Assembly (NCBI GenBank): GCA_030426085.1
Contig: JAUHYW010000012.1
Location: 2,425-66,424 of the forward strand
Source of the DNA: a bacterium
Lineage (GTDB): Bacteria; Myxococcota_A; Bradymonadia; UBA7976; UBA1532
Length of the DNA: 64,000 nt
Reading direction: 5' to 3'
Each line of letters begins with the position of its first letter. The stretch's first letter is position 1. Positions 62,211 to 64,000 of this stretch are shown here, piece after piece. The notes under the pieces were generated by a model. The model searched no databases. It saw only the letters and a program-made list of their open reading frames with translations, and was not told the DNA's origin. The position numbers and the translations under genes are program-made.

Positions 62211-62226
62211 ACTTGTCATGACAAGT
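62211..62226. promoter_or_regulatory. Perfect 16-bp palindrome ACTTGTCATGACAAGT in the AT-rich divergent promoter region; candidate operator
   Basis: Self-complementary sequence 40 nt upstream of the FHA-gene ATG. About 95 nt upstream of the divergent secreted-protein gene. Embedded in roughly 100 bp of about 40% GC sequence (TTGACGTTACGACCGTCACTTTTTATGGTGTTGGAAAATTTC). Confidence 0.4.
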
Positions 62227-62265
62227 GGTCTTTCCCGTCGCGGGATCCGAGCCCCGGAGGCCCCC

Positions 62266-63219
62266 ATGGCTGTGCTCCTCCACCCGGTGAGCGGCCGCCG
62301 CTTCACCCTGGCCGCGCGCACCCTCGTGGGGCGCTCGGTGGCCTGCACCCTGTCGCTGAAGAACCCCCGGGTCTCGGGGGAGCACGCCGCGCTGTTCTAC
62401 GGCGGCGGGGTCTGGAGCCTGCGCGACCTCGGCAGCCGCAACGGCACCCGGCTCGACGGACGCGCCCTGCGCATCGGCGAGCGGCGGGCGGTCGAGGTGG
62501 GGGCCGAGCTGCTCTTCGCCGACGAGCGGTGGGTGCTCGACGACGACGGCCCCCCGGTGGCCACCGGTCGGTCGGCCGACGGCCGGCGCTGCCGGGCCGA
62601 GGACGGCATCCTCGCCCTGCCCGGCCCCGATGACCCCGAGCTGCTGGTCTATCCCGCCGCCGAGGGCCGGTGGGTCGTCGAGCGGGGGCACTCGCTGCAC
62701 TTCGCCGCCGACGGGGACGTCTTCGATCTGCCCGGCGGGCGGTGGACCCTCGAGCTGCCCTTGATCACCGACGGGGGCGGCACCGCCCACACGCTCGAGG
62801 ACGACGAGCTGCTCCGGTTCGACATGATCGAGCGGCTGCACGTCGCCCTGAGCCGCGACGGGGAGACGGTGGAGGTGACGGTCTTCGTCGGCGGGCGGGC
62901 GCTCCTGCTCGCCCACCGGGCGCACCACTGCATCATCGCCGCGCTCGCCCGGGTCGCCGTCGCCGACATCGACGCCCGGCTGCCCCCGGCCGAGCAGGGG
63001 TGGATGTGCCTCGACCGCCTCAGCCGGGAGACCGGCATCGGGCAGGAGCGGATGTACGTGGAGGTCTACCGGGCCCGCAAGCAGCTCGGCGGGGCCGGGG
63101 TGGAGGGGGCCGGCGGGCTCTTCGAGCGGCGCTCGCACGCCCGCCAGATCCGGCTCGGGGTGCGGGCCGTCACCCTCGGCGCCCTGCGGGACACCGCCGA
63201 GGGCGACGTCGCCGCGTGA
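62266..63219 (+). CDS. FHA-domain protein
   Basis: 317 aa with a GGAGG RBS. N-terminal FHA core (RFTLAARTLVGRSVACTLSLKNPRVSGEHAALFYGGGVWSLRDLGSRNGTRLDG). The C-terminal region has no recognisable family. Confidence 0.7.
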   Translation: MAVLLHPVSGRRFTLAARTLVGRSVACTLSLKNPRVSGEHAALFYGGGVWSLRDLGSRNGTRLDGRALRIGERRAVEVGAELLFADERWVLDDDGPPVATGRSADGRRCRAEDGILALPGPDDPELLVYPAAEGRWVVERGHSLHFAADGDVFDLPGGRWTLELPLITDGGGTAHTLEDDELLRFDMIERLHVALSRDGETVEVTVFVGGRALLLAHRAHHCIIAALARVAVADIDARLPPAEQGWMCLDRLSRETGIGQERMYVEVYRARKQLGGAGVEGAGGLFERRSHARQIRLGVRAVTLGALRDTAEGDVAA

Positions 63220-63251
63220 ACACAAAGATAGGTAGCCTCTTATTGTGTTCA
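63217..63251. other. 9-bp inverted repeat TGAACACAA-N17-TTGTGTTCA overlapping the FHA-gene stop codon
   Basis: Perfect stem 63217-63225 / 63243-63251 with an AT-rich 17-nt loop. Sits between the FHA gene and the TetR-family gene. Could be a terminator-like hairpin or a regulator binding site. Confidence 0.3.
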
Positions 63252-63293
63252 TAAGCGCTTGACGCGGCCGTGAACGCCCGGCACCCTGGCGCC

Positions 63294-64000
63294 ATGGATG
63301 CGCAAGACGATCCCATCCTCGAGGCGGCCTGGGCCCTGCTGCGCGCGCAGGGGCACTTCACCATGGCCGCGGTGGCCCGGCGGGCCGGCGTCTCCCGGGG
63401 CACGGTCTATCGGCGCTACGCCGATCGGGATCGACTGCTGGCCCGGCTGGCCGAGGTCCGCGGGGCGCCGGTCGCGGTGCAGGGCCCTCGCGAGCGGGCG
63501 CTCGACGCGGTGGGCGCGCTGCTCGACGAGGGCGGGCCGGCGGCGCTCTCGGTCGAGGCCGTCGCCCGCCGGGCGGGCCTGGGGCCGGCGACGATCTACC
63601 GTCACTTCGACGGCCGCGACGGCCTGCTGGCGGCCTTCGTCGACGAGCGCAGCCCCCGGCGGCTGGTGGCCGCCCTCGACGCCAGCCCGGGGGACGACGT
63701 CGAGGGCGACCTGTCCCGGCTGGCCGAGGCCGGGCTGCGCTTCACCCGGGCCCAGCCGGGGCTGGTGCGGTTGATGCTGACCGAGGGCGGGGGGGCCATC
63801 CGCCGGGCGGCGCAGGGCAGCCGGCGCTTGCAGCACGCGCTGACCGACTACTTCGAGCGGCAGGTCGCCAGCGGCCGGCTGGTGGGTGATCCCGACACCC
63901 TGGCGGTGGCCTTCGTGGGCATGATCCTGACGATCGGGGGGGAGAGCCGCGCCGAGCCGACCGAGGCGGCGGCCCTCATCGCTCGGATGTTCGCCCGCGG
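63294..64000 (+). CDS. TetR/AcrR-family transcriptional regulator(s), runs off the window end
   Basis: MDAQDDPILEAAWALLRAQGHFTMAAVARRAGVSRGTVYRRYADRDRLL is a TetR HTH. A second HTH-like block (LSVEAVARRAGLGPATIYRHFDGRDGLL) follows about 60 aa later in the same frame. No stop before position 64000. Confidence 0.7.
   Translation, partial: MDAQDDPILEAAWALLRAQGHFTMAAVARRAGVSRGTVYRRYADRDRLLARLAEVRGAPVAVQGPRERALDAVGALLDEGGPAALSVEAVARRAGLGPATIYRHFDGRDGLLAAFVDERSPRRLVAALDASPGDDVEGDLSRLAEAGLRFTRAQPGLVRLMLTEGGGAIRRAAQGSRRLQHALTDYFERQVASGRLVGDPDTLAVAFVGMILTIGGESRAEPTEAAALIARMFAR

Overview
Single contig, about 70-72% GC with strong GC3 bias. Gene content suggests a myxobacterium-type deltaproteobacterium: many Ser/Thr kinases (two fused to FGE/SUMF1 domains), an ECF sigma factor paired with a kinase, an FHA protein, a DUF1592/DUF1552 pair, PEGA, Kelch and BNR lipoproteins.

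Recognisable housekeeping genes:
- hrcA-grpE-dnaK on the minus strand, with dnaK cut by the window start
- a LexA-box-preceded cinA-thpR-recA operon
- asnS
- gcvP
- a nifS-like cysteine desulfurase followed by thiI

The most striking accessory feature is a 2.6 kb segment (about 14.0-16.65 kb) of lower GC, roughly 60-63%. It carries a translationally coupled AAA_21/ABC-type ATPase plus RloB/Toprim-like pair. That is the AbiL (AbiLi/AbiLii) architecture, a split OLD-family nuclease of the PARIS type, so it is a candidate abortive-infection or anti-phage module.

Other accessory candidates:
- an uncharacterised operon of ATP-grasp ligase, esterase and second ATP-grasp ligase directly beside that island
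- a collagen-like triple-helix repeat fused to a PhoX-like domain next to a di-haem cytochrome c
- a coupled APH-like / APS-kinase-like pair followed by a 129-bp tandem repeat
- an HUH/Y1 transposase-like gene next to two 43-bp direct repeats
- a perfect 16-bp palindrome in an AT-rich divergent promoter

Many very long ORFs in the six-frame track are GC-rich shadow frames opposite real genes and were not called.
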